Virus record (IMG/VR): IMGVR_UViG_3300031576_000028
Location: 1-64,000 of that record
Source: a virus
Reading direction: 5' to 3' (one strand)
Length of the DNA stretch: 64,000 nt
Part shown: positions 37,923-47,008 of the stretch, one piece after another
Position numbering within the stretch: position 1 is the first letter of the stretch
Layout of the letters: each line of letters opens with the position of its first letter
Notes under the pieces: model-generated
What the model saw: only the letters and a program-made list of their open reading frames with translations
Databases searched by the model: none
Told to the model about the DNA's origin: nothing
Made by a program: the position numbers and the translations under genes

Positions 37923-38527
37923 GTACCTACTTGCGGAGCGTCGCCGGGGATCCTACCGAGCTCGCCGAACGGCACCTGCGGTGCGACCTCGCGCAGGAGG
38001 TCGAGCGCCCTGCCGAAGTTCGCCGGGTCGTTCCAGTCCCGCGTCCGGCCGCTCGGGTGCGGGAGGCTGACGATCGACACGTGGAAGTCGGCGAGCTCGC
38101 AGGAGGCCCAGTCGTCAACCTCCTTCCACCACGGGTACCAGGACCAGGTGTCGAGGTGCTGCCCGAGGGCCCCGCCCACGACCGTCGACACCTTGCGTCC
38201 GAGGCAGACTACCGTGGTCCACGGGGTCCACCCGGTCGACAGGACGATCGCGGCGCGCTCCTCTGCGGCCGCGCGGTTCCACGTCGGGCTGCAGAGGTTG
38301 GTGCGCCACAGGCCGTAGTAGGTCGCGTGGCCGAGCTGCAGGATCTTCGACTGGAGGCGCTCGCCGGCCACGCCTGTCGGCGCCGCCCACAGGGCCCTCG
38401 TCGGGTCGTCGGACTGAGGGTTGTCCTCGCCGAGCAGCAGGACGCGGTGGCCCTCCCAGGGCTCCTGCCCCTGCGGGCCGACGCGGCAGGCCCCTGCCCA
38501 GGTGTGGTGGACGAGCGACCCGGTCAC
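37919..38527 (-). CDS. Uracil-DNA glycosylase superfamily protein (minimal)
   Basis: VLLLGEDNP...G.AG.RL...RTNL...VVCLGRKV...LPHPSGR motifs. Confidence 0.7.
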   Translation of the reverse strand: MTGSLVHHTWAGACRVGPQGQEPWEGHRVLLLGEDNPQSDDPTRALWAAPTGVAGERLQSKILQLGHATYYGLWRTNLCSPTWNRAAAEERAAIVLSTGWTPWTTVVCLGRKVSTVVGGALGQHLDTWSWYPWWKEVDDWASCELADFHVSIVSLPHPSGRTRDWNDPANFGRALDLLREVAPQVPFGELGRIPGDAPQVGT

Positions 38528-38868
38528 TTCGGGTCCCCGCGGTCGGCGGCGAGCCTGGTCGCAGCGATCTCCGTCAGCAGGTCCTCGACGGTTGATTTGC
38601 CTGGACCGATGCCGACCGTGGTCTTGAGGCTCACCGAGCCGAGGCCGATGAAGAGTTGCGCCCCGGTGACCTTGTCGATGGTGAAGCTGATCGACAGGAT
38701 GTTCGGGATCCGATAGCGGAACAGGTGGCCGTCGTCGTCCTCGAGGACGAGGAAAACATTGGTACCCGAGCCCGTCCCGTCGCTGACGACCTCGACGCGG
38801 GACTTGTCCGAGGTGCGGTGACGCCGACTTCTTGGAAGAGCGACCTTGTAGTCCCCTTCGTCAGTCAC
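38524..38868 (-). CDS. Hypothetical protein
   Basis: Coupled ORF. Confidence 0.6.
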   Translation of the reverse strand: MTDEGDYKVALPRSRRHRTSDKSRVEVVSDGTGSGTNVFLVLEDDDGHLFRYRIPNILSISFTIDKVTGAQLFIGLGSVSLKTTVGIGPGKSTVEDLLTEIAATRLAADRGDPK

Positions 38869-40068
38869 CTACTTGGACTCCTGCTCGATCGCGAGCTCCA
38901 GCAGCTCGAGGGCCGCGGCGGCCTCCCCCTTGGCGCGCTCGGCCTCTGTGGTGGCGGCGGCGGCGGCCTCCTGGGCCCGGGCCGCAGTGACCTCCGCGCG
39001 CGTCTGCTGGACCCGGGCGCGGCCGTAGGCCTCGGCGAGCTCGGTGACGGTGGACCGCTCGGCGACCCCTGCGTCGACCAGGTCCTGCTCCCACAGCCTG
39101 CGAAGGCACCTCGCGCACACCCACGGTCCCATCTTGCCGTCGGGCCTCGACACGTCGCCGCCGCACGGGCACCTGCGGACGTGGTGCTCGTGGGCCTCTG
39201 GAATGATCCGCACCTCGCTGGCGCGCGGCGAGTCCGGCTTAGGCGCGCCGCAGATAGAGCAGACGATGTGTAGCGGGATATTGACCCCGTCAACGATAAC
39301 GTCCTTGAGCTCCGCCTCGAAGACGTGCTCGTGGGGCCGAACCGTGTCTGCGAACGACTGCGGGTTCTCGTGCCTCATCCTCGGTGTGCGCTGGCGGGCG
39401 ATCTCCTCGTCGCTCTGCGCCAGCGCCATGTCGAGCATCGTGTCGACGGTCGGCGACCTGGGGAATCCGCGGCCGCCCGTCGGCTTGGCGATGTCCTGCG
39501 ACCACTTGGGGCGCTTGATCGCCCCGGTCTCCATGCCGGCCTTGAGCTCGGGGAGGACCTCAAACAGCTTGAGCAGATTCTCCTTGACCGGGAGGGCGTC
39601 ACCGGTCTCCCACTGCGAGACCGCCTGTCCGACCACCCCGAGGATCTCCCCGAGCGCCTCCTGCGTGACCTCGTTCTCCTCCCGCACGCGGGCGAGGCCG
39701 GGGCCGAACTCCTGCGATTCCGGCTTGTCGTACTTGTCGAGGACCGGGATGATCTTCTCGATCACCCCCGCGTTCCACTCGCGGTCGTCGTCCACGCAGC
39801 CATCGACTGCGGCGCCGCCGAGCCCGGCCCACGTGGGGAAGAACGGCGCCACGCGCGGGAGGCGCGAGACGAGGCGCTTGAACTGCTGATTGTTCGGGAT
39901 CGCCTCGCCGCGCTCCCATCGGCGGACCTCGCGCTCGCCAACTCCGACGTGCTTGGCGATGTCGCTGCGGCTGACCTGGTAGCGCGCCCGCTCGCGCATG
40001 AGGGCCTCCTGGAATTCAATCTTCTTGGGTTGCTGCGTCATCTGGGTGCTCCTGGTTGGTGTCGCCAT
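38869..40068 (-). CDS. Transcriptional regulator with two XRE HTH domains and C-terminal Zn-ribbon/coiled coil
   Basis: VSRSDIAKHVGVGEREVRRWERGEAIP and VTQEALGEILGVVGQAVSQWETGDALP; CSIC, CPC...CARC. Confidence 0.85.
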   Translation of the reverse strand: MATPTRSTQMTQQPKKIEFQEALMRERARYQVSRSDIAKHVGVGEREVRRWERGEAIPNNQQFKRLVSRLPRVAPFFPTWAGLGGAAVDGCVDDDREWNAGVIEKIIPVLDKYDKPESQEFGPGLARVREENEVTQEALGEILGVVGQAVSQWETGDALPVKENLLKLFEVLPELKAGMETGAIKRPKWSQDIAKPTGGRGFPRSPTVDTMLDMALAQSDEEIARQRTPRMRHENPQSFADTVRPHEHVFEAELKDVIVDGVNIPLHIVCSICGAPKPDSPRASEVRIIPEAHEHHVRRCPCGGDVSRPDGKMGPWVCARCLRRLWEQDLVDAGVAERSTVTELAEAYGRARVQQTRAEVTAARAQEAAAAATTEAERAKGEAAAALELLELAIEQESK

Positions 40069-40095
40069 CGAGCGAAGCCTTACCGATCCGCGGCG

Positions 40096-40389
40096 CTAGT
40101 CCAACCTGGTCGGCAGGTCGTCGAGGAGCGCCAGCCTGGCGAACTCGGTGCGGCACGCGTCGCAGGTCACGGCGCCGCTCTCGATCGCGTAGGCCTTCCG
40201 CTGGTCATCCCCGTGCGGCGCATCTTGCAAGAAGCGGCGCCCGAGGACGGCCCAGATCCCGAGCTAGGACATCGACCTGCGGTCGCGCCCGCAGAGCGTG
40301 GGGTCACCGTAGCCGACGACGAGGTGGATCGCGGTCCTACGGCGCGCCCGGAAGAACTTGACCGCGTCCCAGTCGACGACCTCGGGCAC
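40096..40389 (-). pseudogene. Zinc-finger protein gene interrupted by an in-frame TAG at 40264-40266
   Basis: IHLVV...TLCGR..SMS*LGIWAV...VTCDAC: ligands lie on both sides of the TAG and codon bias continues. Confidence 0.65.
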
Positions 40390-40827
40390 TACCGCTTCTT
40401 GCCGATGCCGACCGTGGTCTTGCGCAGGCCAGGGGTTGTGGCACTTCTTCGCGGACGGCCTGGCGCGCCTGACCACGCGGACGAACACCCGCACCTCGAT
40501 CTCCGACCCGAACTCCGGATGGTGCCCGAGGGCCCGGCCGATCAGGTCGTACATGGTTGGCGAGTTTATCCTGTCCGTGGCGTCCTCGGCTCTGAACTCC
40601 ACCAGTTGGTAGTAACCCCCGCACGGGGCGCCTGACCACCCGAGACCTCGATCCGGCCTGAGGAGCACCTTCGTAGATCCCTCATCCCCCAAACCATTGG
40701 CGGCGTACGACCGCATGCTCGCCTTGAGATTCTCAGTCGCCGTCTTCGACTTCTTCAGCTTCTTCTTCTTCTTGGTCACGCGAACAGCCTTGCCTGCCTC
40801 AACGCGCGGTCCTACTTCGTCACCCAC
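40389..40827 (-). pseudogene. Hypothetical protein with an apparent +1 frameshift near the 3' end (run at 40432-40435)
   Basis: GC3-biased frame switches to GLRKTTVGIGKKR* whose TAG overlaps the next GTG. Confidence 0.45.
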
Positions 40828-40834
40828 GTGATGA

Positions 40835-42286
40835 TCATCTTCGGTTGAAGTCGACGCCGCCGTGGTTCTCGATCGCCCTCATGCCGAGCCGGCAGCCCTC
40901 GCGCGCGAACCACGAGGCCATGAGGCGGTCGCCTGTGTGCGCGGACGGGTTATAGTAGAGCATCTCGTCGACCCAGGCCTGGACCTCCGGGTGCATGACG
41001 CCGCCGCGGTTCGGGATCCTCCACTTGCCGGCGGCCATCTCCGTCGCCAGGCCCTCGATGCCGAACTCCGGGTGGGCCTTGTTGCGCCCGGTCGTGAACG
41101 GGATGATCGGCACGGCGCTGCCGGCGCGGGCGAACTGGACTATGAAGTCCTGCGCCGCGTTGTTCTCCACGATGATGATCGACTGGTACCGCTGGTGGTG
41201 CTGGTTGATCTTCGTGACGATCTCCGGGCCGGACCAGCGCCCACTCTCGATGTTGAGGACGCTGCGGTTGCCGTACGGGTCGACCGCGATGTCGAACAGC
41301 GCCGTGAGGTCGTTGTCGTCCTTCTGCTGGACGGCGAGGTCGACGCCCGTGTAGGTCCGGTAGCCATGCGGCACGACCTGCAGGGCCGAGGCGAGGGACG
41401 TGCCGTCGCCGAGCCGCAGCGCGACCTCGACCCACTCGCGCTTGAAGCGCGCGCTGGCGTCGTCGCGGGCCTCGCACATGAGCTGACGCGGGGCCTCGAG
41501 CGGGCCGAGCTCGCGGACGCGCTGGGCGATGCGGGCGACCGGCCAGCGCTCCGGCCAGCGGGGGTGCCCGTCCTGGTCGACCACCGGGTACTTGAACGCG
41601 GCGAAGCCCTGCCGCGCGAGGTGGTGGAGGATGTCTTGCGGGTGGAAGGCCGTGCCGACGCCGAGCACGCGGCAGGGGTCCGTGTAGCGGCCGGTGACCG
41701 CCGACTTGTACCACTCGATCAGCCCCTTGCGGGCCTCCTCCGTGTGCGTGTTCTCGTAATCAAGTAGATCGTCCAAGCGAACGCGGTCAAGGCGAGCACC
41801 CTGGATGTTGCCGTGAACACCGGACGTCTGAACCGAGTAATCCTTGGAAATCGTCGCGCGGCTGACACTAAACGCGTTGGTGCCCCAAGGCTCGCCAGGC
41901 TGGAGATCTGGAAACACATCATGCAGCTCAGAACTGCGCTCAACGTATTGTTTGATGGTAGCAGCAACCTTTGCTGCTTGGTTCTTGGTATTCGAGAGGA
42001 TCAAGAAGCGGAGGCTTGGATCGCGGCCGAGCTCCCACAACGTTCGAGCGATCGATAACTGGCTAGTTTTCCCAGACTCGATATGCGCCCAAATCAGAAG
42101 CCGATCATGTTCGTCAGCCAGCCGATGCCAGGCAGCGTGTGGACCTCCTTGGACGATTGGTTGATTGGTCGCCTCGTCCCGTAAAACGAACTCACAGAAT
42201 ACGTTTATGTCAGTGCGGGCCAGTCGGGCGATCAGTGCCCTCCTCGCCCTAGCGTGGCGAACAAGGCTCGCCTTAACCGCGACCAT
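40835..42286 (-). CDS. terL: Terminase large subunit
   Basis: Walker A HIESGKT, GARLDRVRLDD, VGTAFH..D, nuclease GVDLA and HTGDRLMA. Confidence 0.93.
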   Translation of the reverse strand: MVAVKASLVRHARARRALIARLARTDINVFCEFVLRDEATNQPIVQGGPHAAWHRLADEHDRLLIWAHIESGKTSQLSIARTLWELGRDPSLRFLILSNTKNQAAKVAATIKQYVERSSELHDVFPDLQPGEPWGTNAFSVSRATISKDYSVQTSGVHGNIQGARLDRVRLDDLLDYENTHTEEARKGLIEWYKSAVTGRYTDPCRVLGVGTAFHPQDILHHLARQGFAAFKYPVVDQDGHPRWPERWPVARIAQRVRELGPLEAPRQLMCEARDDASARFKREWVEVALRLGDGTSLASALQVVPHGYRTYTGVDLAVQQKDDNDLTALFDIAVDPYGNRSVLNIESGRWSGPEIVTKINQHHQRYQSIIIVENNAAQDFIVQFARAGSAVPIIPFTTGRNKAHPEFGIEGLATEMAAGKWRIPNRGGVMHPEVQAWVDEMLYYNPSAHTGDRLMASWFAREGCRLGMRAIENHGGVDFNRR

Positions 42287-42773
42287 GCTTCTCCAGGTAG
42301 AGCGCTAGAAGCCGAAGGACTGTTGGGTCGTCTTCTGCGTACCCAAGTGATCGATTGCAGTTGTTGCAGAGGATGCCACGTAGGGCGCCAGTTTGGTGAT
42401 CGTGGTCCATAGCCCAGTTGGCACCCTTTGGGTCTTCTCCAAGGCACGCCGCGCAGCGGGATCCTTGTGATAGGAACAGGTGCTGCCAATCCGCCAACGT
42501 GATCCCGTACTTCCTGACCAAGTGATAGTTACGAGCCACCGAACGCGCGGCGTCTGCGTCGAGGTCGAACAGAGCTTGCTTATGCAGCGATGCAGACGCG
42601 ATCATTTGATCACGATGGCGCGCATAGTAGCGCTGCTTGCTCGCTGCGATACGCACCTCGTTATTTGGATCAGCGCGATAGCGATCCATGCGCTCTTTAA
42701 CCTCAGGTCTCGCTCGATACGCTCGAAAGTACTCACTGCGGTCTTTTGGCACTTGCTCGACTTGTTGACTCAC
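42273..42773 (-). CDS. Endonuclease VII-family (HNH-type) homing endonuclease
   Basis: KYGIT...Q..RCAAC...DHDHQTGALRGILCNNCNRSLG. Confidence 0.92.
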   Translation of the reverse strand: MSQQVEQVPKDRSEYFRAYRARPEVKERMDRYRADPNNEVRIAASKQRYYARHRDQMIASASLHKQALFDLDADAARSVARNYHLVRKYGITLADWQHLFLSQGSRCAACLGEDPKGANWAMDHDHQTGALRGILCNNCNRSLGYAEDDPTVLRLLALYLEKHGRG

Positions 42774-43011
42774 GGCTAACTTCCAATACCACGTCCTCGA
42801 CCGGCGTGTCGAGATCGTTCCAGTCCTCCCAGCCGTCGTCGTCCGACGCCACGTCGGCGCGGATCTCCGGGGGCACGGACTCGAGGACCTGGATCGGCCC
42901 GACCACCTGCGCCCCGGTCACGCACCTGGCGTGGAGGTGCGCCGAGTCCGGCCAGCGGTACGCCGCGAGGACGATGCCCCCGCCTGCGACGATATGGACC
43001 TCGTCCGACAC
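42733..43011 (-). CDS. Hypothetical protein
   Basis: TAGTCT -10 element 6 nt upstream; GC3 bias. Confidence 0.6.
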   Translation of the reverse strand: MSDEVHIVAGGGIVLAAYRWPDSAHLHARCVTGAQVVGPIQVLESVPPEIRADVASDDDGWEDWNDLDTPVEDVVLEVSRESTSRASAKRPQ

Positions 43012-43039
43012 CCAGAGAGACTACCATCCGGGTCTGACG

Positions 43040-43525
43040 TCACCACGCCCTGCGGAACACCCGCTGGGGCGGCAGGACCTGCGTCGTGAAGCGGGCGGCC
43101 GGGCCGCGGCGGCGGGCGATGTCCTCGGGGGTGAGGTCGTAGGGGTCGCGGTCCTCCATCCACGAGCGGACCCGCCTGGCCTCGACGAGCGGCTTGACGT
43201 TGCGCCAGATCACCCGGTCGGTGCGGCGGCACGCGGCGGCCAGCTCCTTGATCGTCATCCCGTCCCCGTGCTCGAGGGCCTCGAGGATGAGCCCCTGCGT
43301 GCCTACCGGGATCGCGTCGAGGGTGAGGCACTTGAAGCAGGCCTCGGCGACCACCCGCTTGATCGTCCCGCAGTCGCAGAACTCGGTCTCACCGACGACC
43401 CACGGCTGGACGAGCGCGTCCGGCTCCTGGCCTCCCCAGCCGGTGCGGAGCGAGGCCGCGGCCGCGGCGTAGGTGTTGGGCACCGAGGATCCGAACGTCA
43501 CCCTGGGCATGCTCGGCTGAATCAT
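43040..43525 (-). CDS. Zn-finger plus winged-HTH DNA-binding protein
   Basis: CDCG...CFKC then ILEALEHGDGMTIKELAAAC. Confidence 0.65.
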   Translation of the reverse strand: MIQPSMPRVTFGSSVPNTYAAAAASLRTGWGGQEPDALVQPWVVGETEFCDCGTIKRVVAEACFKCLTLDAIPVGTQGLILEALEHGDGMTIKELAAACRRTDRVIWRNVKPLVEARRVRSWMEDRDPYDLTPEDIARRRGPAARFTTQVLPPQRVFRRAW

Positions 43526-43593
43526 TGCGCGGCCCCAGAGGGCTTGTCGAGGCGCCGGCGTGGTCCTACGTAGTTTTACGCACGGCGTCTCGG

Positions 43594-44127
43594 TCAATCG
43601 AGGACGAGGAGGCGGACGGACAGCCACTCGTCGGCGAGCTCCTCGTCGACCTTCCAGACCATCGCCTTGGTGATCCGCCGGCCCTCGACCTCGCCCTTCC
43701 CCATCATCGTCGAGGTCCACACGGGGCCGAACTCCCTGACCGTCGGGTGGACGAGGACGCGATCCTCGATGAGGAGGTCGATGACGCGGTCGACGATCAG
43801 CCCGATGCTGTGGTCGTTCCTGTACCGGGTCTCGGAGTAGTGGACCCGGACCTCCTCGGCCGAGTAGGAGATCGCCTGGTGCAGCTCGCGCTCGGCGATG
43901 TTCCTCGCGACGAACGGCATCTCGTAGCGGTTGCCGCTCTTGGCGCAGTAGCTGTCCACCCAGTCCTCGTGCAGGCACCTGCGAATTGCCCTGAGGGCCT
44001 TCCTGTTCCTCGTCCACACCTCGTCGGTGGGCTCGCCGGCGAGCCGGCCCAGCAGGACCCACGGCACGCGCCGCGGGCTGATGCCGGTGGCGCCGGGGAT
44101 CCGGTACCTGACGACGCTGCCGATCAC
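43594..44127 (-). CDS. Hypothetical protein, tandem paralogue 3
   Basis: C-terminus DEELADEWLSVRLLVLD. Confidence 0.65.
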   Translation of the reverse strand: MIGSVVRYRIPGATGISPRRVPWVLLGRLAGEPTDEVWTRNRKALRAIRRCLHEDWVDSYCAKSGNRYEMPFVARNIAERELHQAISYSAEEVRVHYSETRYRNDHSIGLIVDRVIDLLIEDRVLVHPTVREFGPVWTSTMMGKGEVEGRRITKAMVWKVDEELADEWLSVRLLVLD

Positions 44128-44582
44128 CCGTCGGCCTCCATGACGAGGAGCGTCGAGGCGAGCCACGCGTCCGCCTTTGCCGCGTCGCACCGGAACGGGC
44201 GGCGGCGCACCACGCCATCCACGATCAGGTTGTTGGCGAGCTGCTCCGCGAGCCTGTTCATGAACAGGTGCGGCCACCCGAGCCTCCGGGGCGCGTTGGG
44301 GACCCACGCCGCGTGCTCGGTGATCAGGTCGGCCAGCCTCTGCACGAGGAGCACGCGCTGGTTGCCTCCGGAGCCGACGGAGGTGACCGCACGGTGGACC
44401 CCGCGGGCCGTAGCCCGGTTGACGCGCACGTCGCCGACCATGACGCCCCCCTCGACCTCCTCCAGCAGCGAGGACGCGACGAGGGAGGACCTGTACACGT
44501 CGAGCATGGCCCTCGCCGTGATCATCTCGCGCATGCCAGGCGCCCTGAGCACGTCGGCGAAGGACGACTTGACGGCGCTCAT
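44124..44582 (-). CDS. Hypothetical protein, tandem paralogue 2
   Basis: AGGAGG RBS; C-terminus DAAKADAWLASTLLVME. Confidence 0.7.
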   Translation of the reverse strand: MSAVKSSFADVLRAPGMREMITARAMLDVYRSSLVASSLLEEVEGGVMVGDVRVNRATARGVHRAVTSVGSGGNQRVLLVQRLADLITEHAAWVPNAPRRLGWPHLFMNRLAEQLANNLIVDGVVRRRPFRCDAAKADAWLASTLLVMEADG

Positions 44583-45085
44583 GGTCCTCCTACTAGCACG
44601 AGGAGCCTCGAGGCGTACCACGAGGCGAGGGCCGAGGCGTCGAGCCTCTGCGTGCCATGGTCGATCACGCCGTCGCCGCACAGCGCGTCGTACGCCTCGA
44701 CGGCGGCCCTGTTGCCGTCCCGGAACGGGATCTCGGAAACCTGGACGGCCTAGTAGGTCAGCTCCTCGGACACGCCCCGGCGACCTCTGACCATGACGTG
44801 CGCCGGCCAGCTCGAGCGCATCACCAGGTTGTGGATCTTCTGGACCAGCATGTCCATAGACTGGGCGCCTCCGTGCGGGGTGCGAATCCCCGCGAAGTGG
44901 ATGTGGAGGACCTCGGCCAGCATGTCGATCGGGCGGCGGTCGCAGGCGACGATCCACGACGTCGGCGCGAAGCCGGTCACCAGGTGCGGCCTGGACAGCA
45001 GGACGCAGGGGCGTACCTGAGAGCCCGGAACCACCGAGTGGAGGATCGTGAAGCCGTCGACGACGGGCCGCTGATTGTCAGCCAT
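44579..45085 (-). pseudogene. Tandem paralogue 1, interrupted by an in-frame TAG at 44750-44752
   Basis: ELTY*AVQVSEIPF...DASALASWYASRLLVLVGGP then TGA overlapping the next ATG. Confidence 0.7.
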
Positions 45086-45418
45086 CGGGCTCTTGCTGGA
45101 TCTTGTGCGCGGCGTACTCGGTCAGGCACGCCTCGCAGCTGACCTCGGACAGGTCGCCGTTGATCACGTACATGGTCCGGTCGACCGGCCGGCCGCAGGC
45201 GGTCCTGGTGCGCCCGACCTTGTCGCCCTGGATAGGCTCGCCGCCGGCCCTCAGATCTGGGGTCCAGTGCCGGTCGCCGGTGGTCGCGAGCTGGCCGTCG
45301 ACGAGCGCGGCCTCGATCGCCGTGCCGGTGCGCCAGGCGAGCCGCAGAGGCCGCGCCACGGTCAGGACCCCCACGAGTCGTCGAACTGGATCAGGCTCGA
45401 CGCGACCCACCTAGGCAT
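45078..45418 (-). pseudogene. Zn-finger hypothetical protein with an apparent -1 frameshift at a G5 run (45368-45372)
   Basis: GGAGG-ATG MPRWVASSLIQFDDSWG joins VLTVARP...TACG...VSCEAC if one G is added. Confidence 0.5.
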
Positions 45419-45656
45419 CCTCGACCTCCTCGACGGTGTACTGGTCGCCGTCCGTCCCGATGAACTGCAGGGCGAGGGCGGCCGCGTCCTCGGCCGTGAG
45501 CCTGGTGGCGTCGTACCTGGACGTCCAGCCGTAGCTGCCACCGGCGGCGTGGTCCCACCTCGGGTGGTCCGGCGGCGGGTCGAGCTCGAGGAACACGTCC
45601 GAGTCCGGGTGGCGCAACGCGATCGAGCACCTTACGAGGAAGCGCCGCTCGCTCAT
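45411..45656 (-). CDS. Small protein of the expanded VV..W..A..EDA family
   Basis: AAGGAGG RBS; motif shared with other copies. Confidence 0.7.
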   Translation of the reverse strand: MSERRFLVRCSIALRHPDSDVFLELDPPPDHPRWDHAAGGSYGWTSRYDATRLTAEDAAALALQFIGTDGDQYTVEEVEDA

Positions 45657-46101
45657 CAGCCCTCCTTGAGGATAAGACTCGCTCACAGGCAGCCCGCCTC
45701 TCGCCACGCCTCTACGTCGACGGGCTCGACCTGCGTCTCGTAGCCGTCCTCGGCTACGATCAGCGCCCAACGGGCCGCGTCCTCTGCCGCCATTGCGGTC
45801 CCCTTGGTGGGGCGGATGGCCCAGTCCGTAGTCGAGAGCCTCTCACTCACGCGGTGGCGGCGGCGGCCGGACCGCTAACCACCAGCCACTTGATCGGGCC
45901 TACGCACCTCGACCTCCGACCGTCGGGGTCCGGGAGCCACACGACCAGGCCCTTCGACACGACGTACAACTCGCTCACGCAGCCCACCACAGGGCCCCGC
46001 AGGCGAGCCCGGCCACGAAGCCGACCACCATCCAGCGGGCGCGCCGGGCGTCGCAGGTGCAGCTCCTCGAGGCGTCGCGCGGGTCCACGTGTAGGGTCAC
46101 C

Positions 46102-46347
46102 CTAGTTCGGTAGGTCGCCATCGACCCTCGACTTGAGGGCGGGCCACCCGCGGTCCGACCGGGCGCGCACGAGCTCCAGCAGGTCGTCGACGTCGCGCCT
46201 GGCGTCCAGGCAGGCCTCGCGAGCGCGGCCCCCGTCTCGGACCTCGGCCATGAGCGCGTCGCGGACGCGAGCGTTGGCCCCACGCTCGCGGACGAGCGCG
46301 ACCAGCAGGACCGCGACGATCACGAGCAGGACGAAGACGACCCACAT
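46102..46347 (-). CDS. Small membrane-anchored coiled-coil protein
   Basis: MWVVFVLLVIVAVLLVALV N-terminal TM. Confidence 0.6.
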   Translation of the reverse strand: MWVVFVLLVIVAVLLVALVRERGANARVRDALMAEVRDGGRAREACLDARRDVDDLLELVRARSDRGWPALKSRVDGDLPN

Positions 46348-46634
46348 CACGGGTGCAGCCCACCTGCCCTGCGCCCGACCAGCAGAAGGTCGTCGACGTC
46401 GACCTCCTTGACGCCGCACGCGGTATCCTCAAGACCGTCGATCATGAGCGCGACGGCGACGGCCTCCTCCAGGCCGTTGAAGAAGTGGGCGCTGCACAGG
46501 TCGGCGGACCACTCGAGCTCGAGTGGGGCGGGGGGCGCGTCGAGCATCACGCCGAGCATCACGCCGCGCGGGACGTCGCGCGACGAACAGCCAGCTAGCT
46601 CGGCCGGCCTCGCCTCGACCAGGTAGTAGGTCAT
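46347..46634 (-). CDS. Small protein of the expanded VV..W..A..EDA family
   Basis: YYLVE...WSADLCSAHFFNGLEEAVAVA...VKEV. Confidence 0.65.
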   Translation of the reverse strand: MTYYLVEARPAELAGCSSRDVPRGVMLGVMLDAPPAPLELEWSADLCSAHFFNGLEEAVAVALMIDGLEDTACGVKEVDVDDLLLVGRRAGGLHP

Positions 46635-46672
46635 GCCGTCCTCACCCGCGACGCGGGCCACCCAGCGCGCCG

Positions 46673-47008
46673 TCACGGGTCCCCGTAGCCGTAGAGCTCG
46701 CCGGCCAGCTGGGCGCCGCAGCAAACCGAGAGGCCGATGATCGACCCGTCGCTGGGCTCCGTCCTCCTGAACGCGAACGGCGCCGAGCCGAAGTGGCCGC
46801 CGGTCATCAGATGCAAGAAGGCGTCGGCGGGCTGCCGGCTCGGGTACGCGTCGCCGGTGTCGATCCTCTGCTCGCGCATGCAGGCCGAGCAGCGGAGGAC
46901 CACGCCGCGACCGCTGAGCTCGCGATCCTCCTCGCCGTCCTTGACCACGGGGTCGCCGCTGGGCAGCTTGGTCGCCAGGACGTTCTCGTCTGGGTCTGGG
47001 GCGCTCAC
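46673..47008 (-). CDS. Hypothetical Cys-containing protein
   Basis: CSAC...CCG; TAGGCT -10 element 6 nt upstream. Confidence 0.6.
   Translation of the reverse strand: MSAPDPDENVLATKLPSGDPVVKDGEEDRELSGRGVVLRCSACMREQRIDTGDAYPSRQPADAFLHLMTGGHFGSAPFAFRRTEPSDGSIIGLSVCCGAQLAGELYGYGDP

Noticed and set aside
38869-40068. Lysogeny module / evidence of a prophage
   Set aside because: No integrase, att site, divergent cI-cro switch or host genes in the window; lifestyle cannot be called
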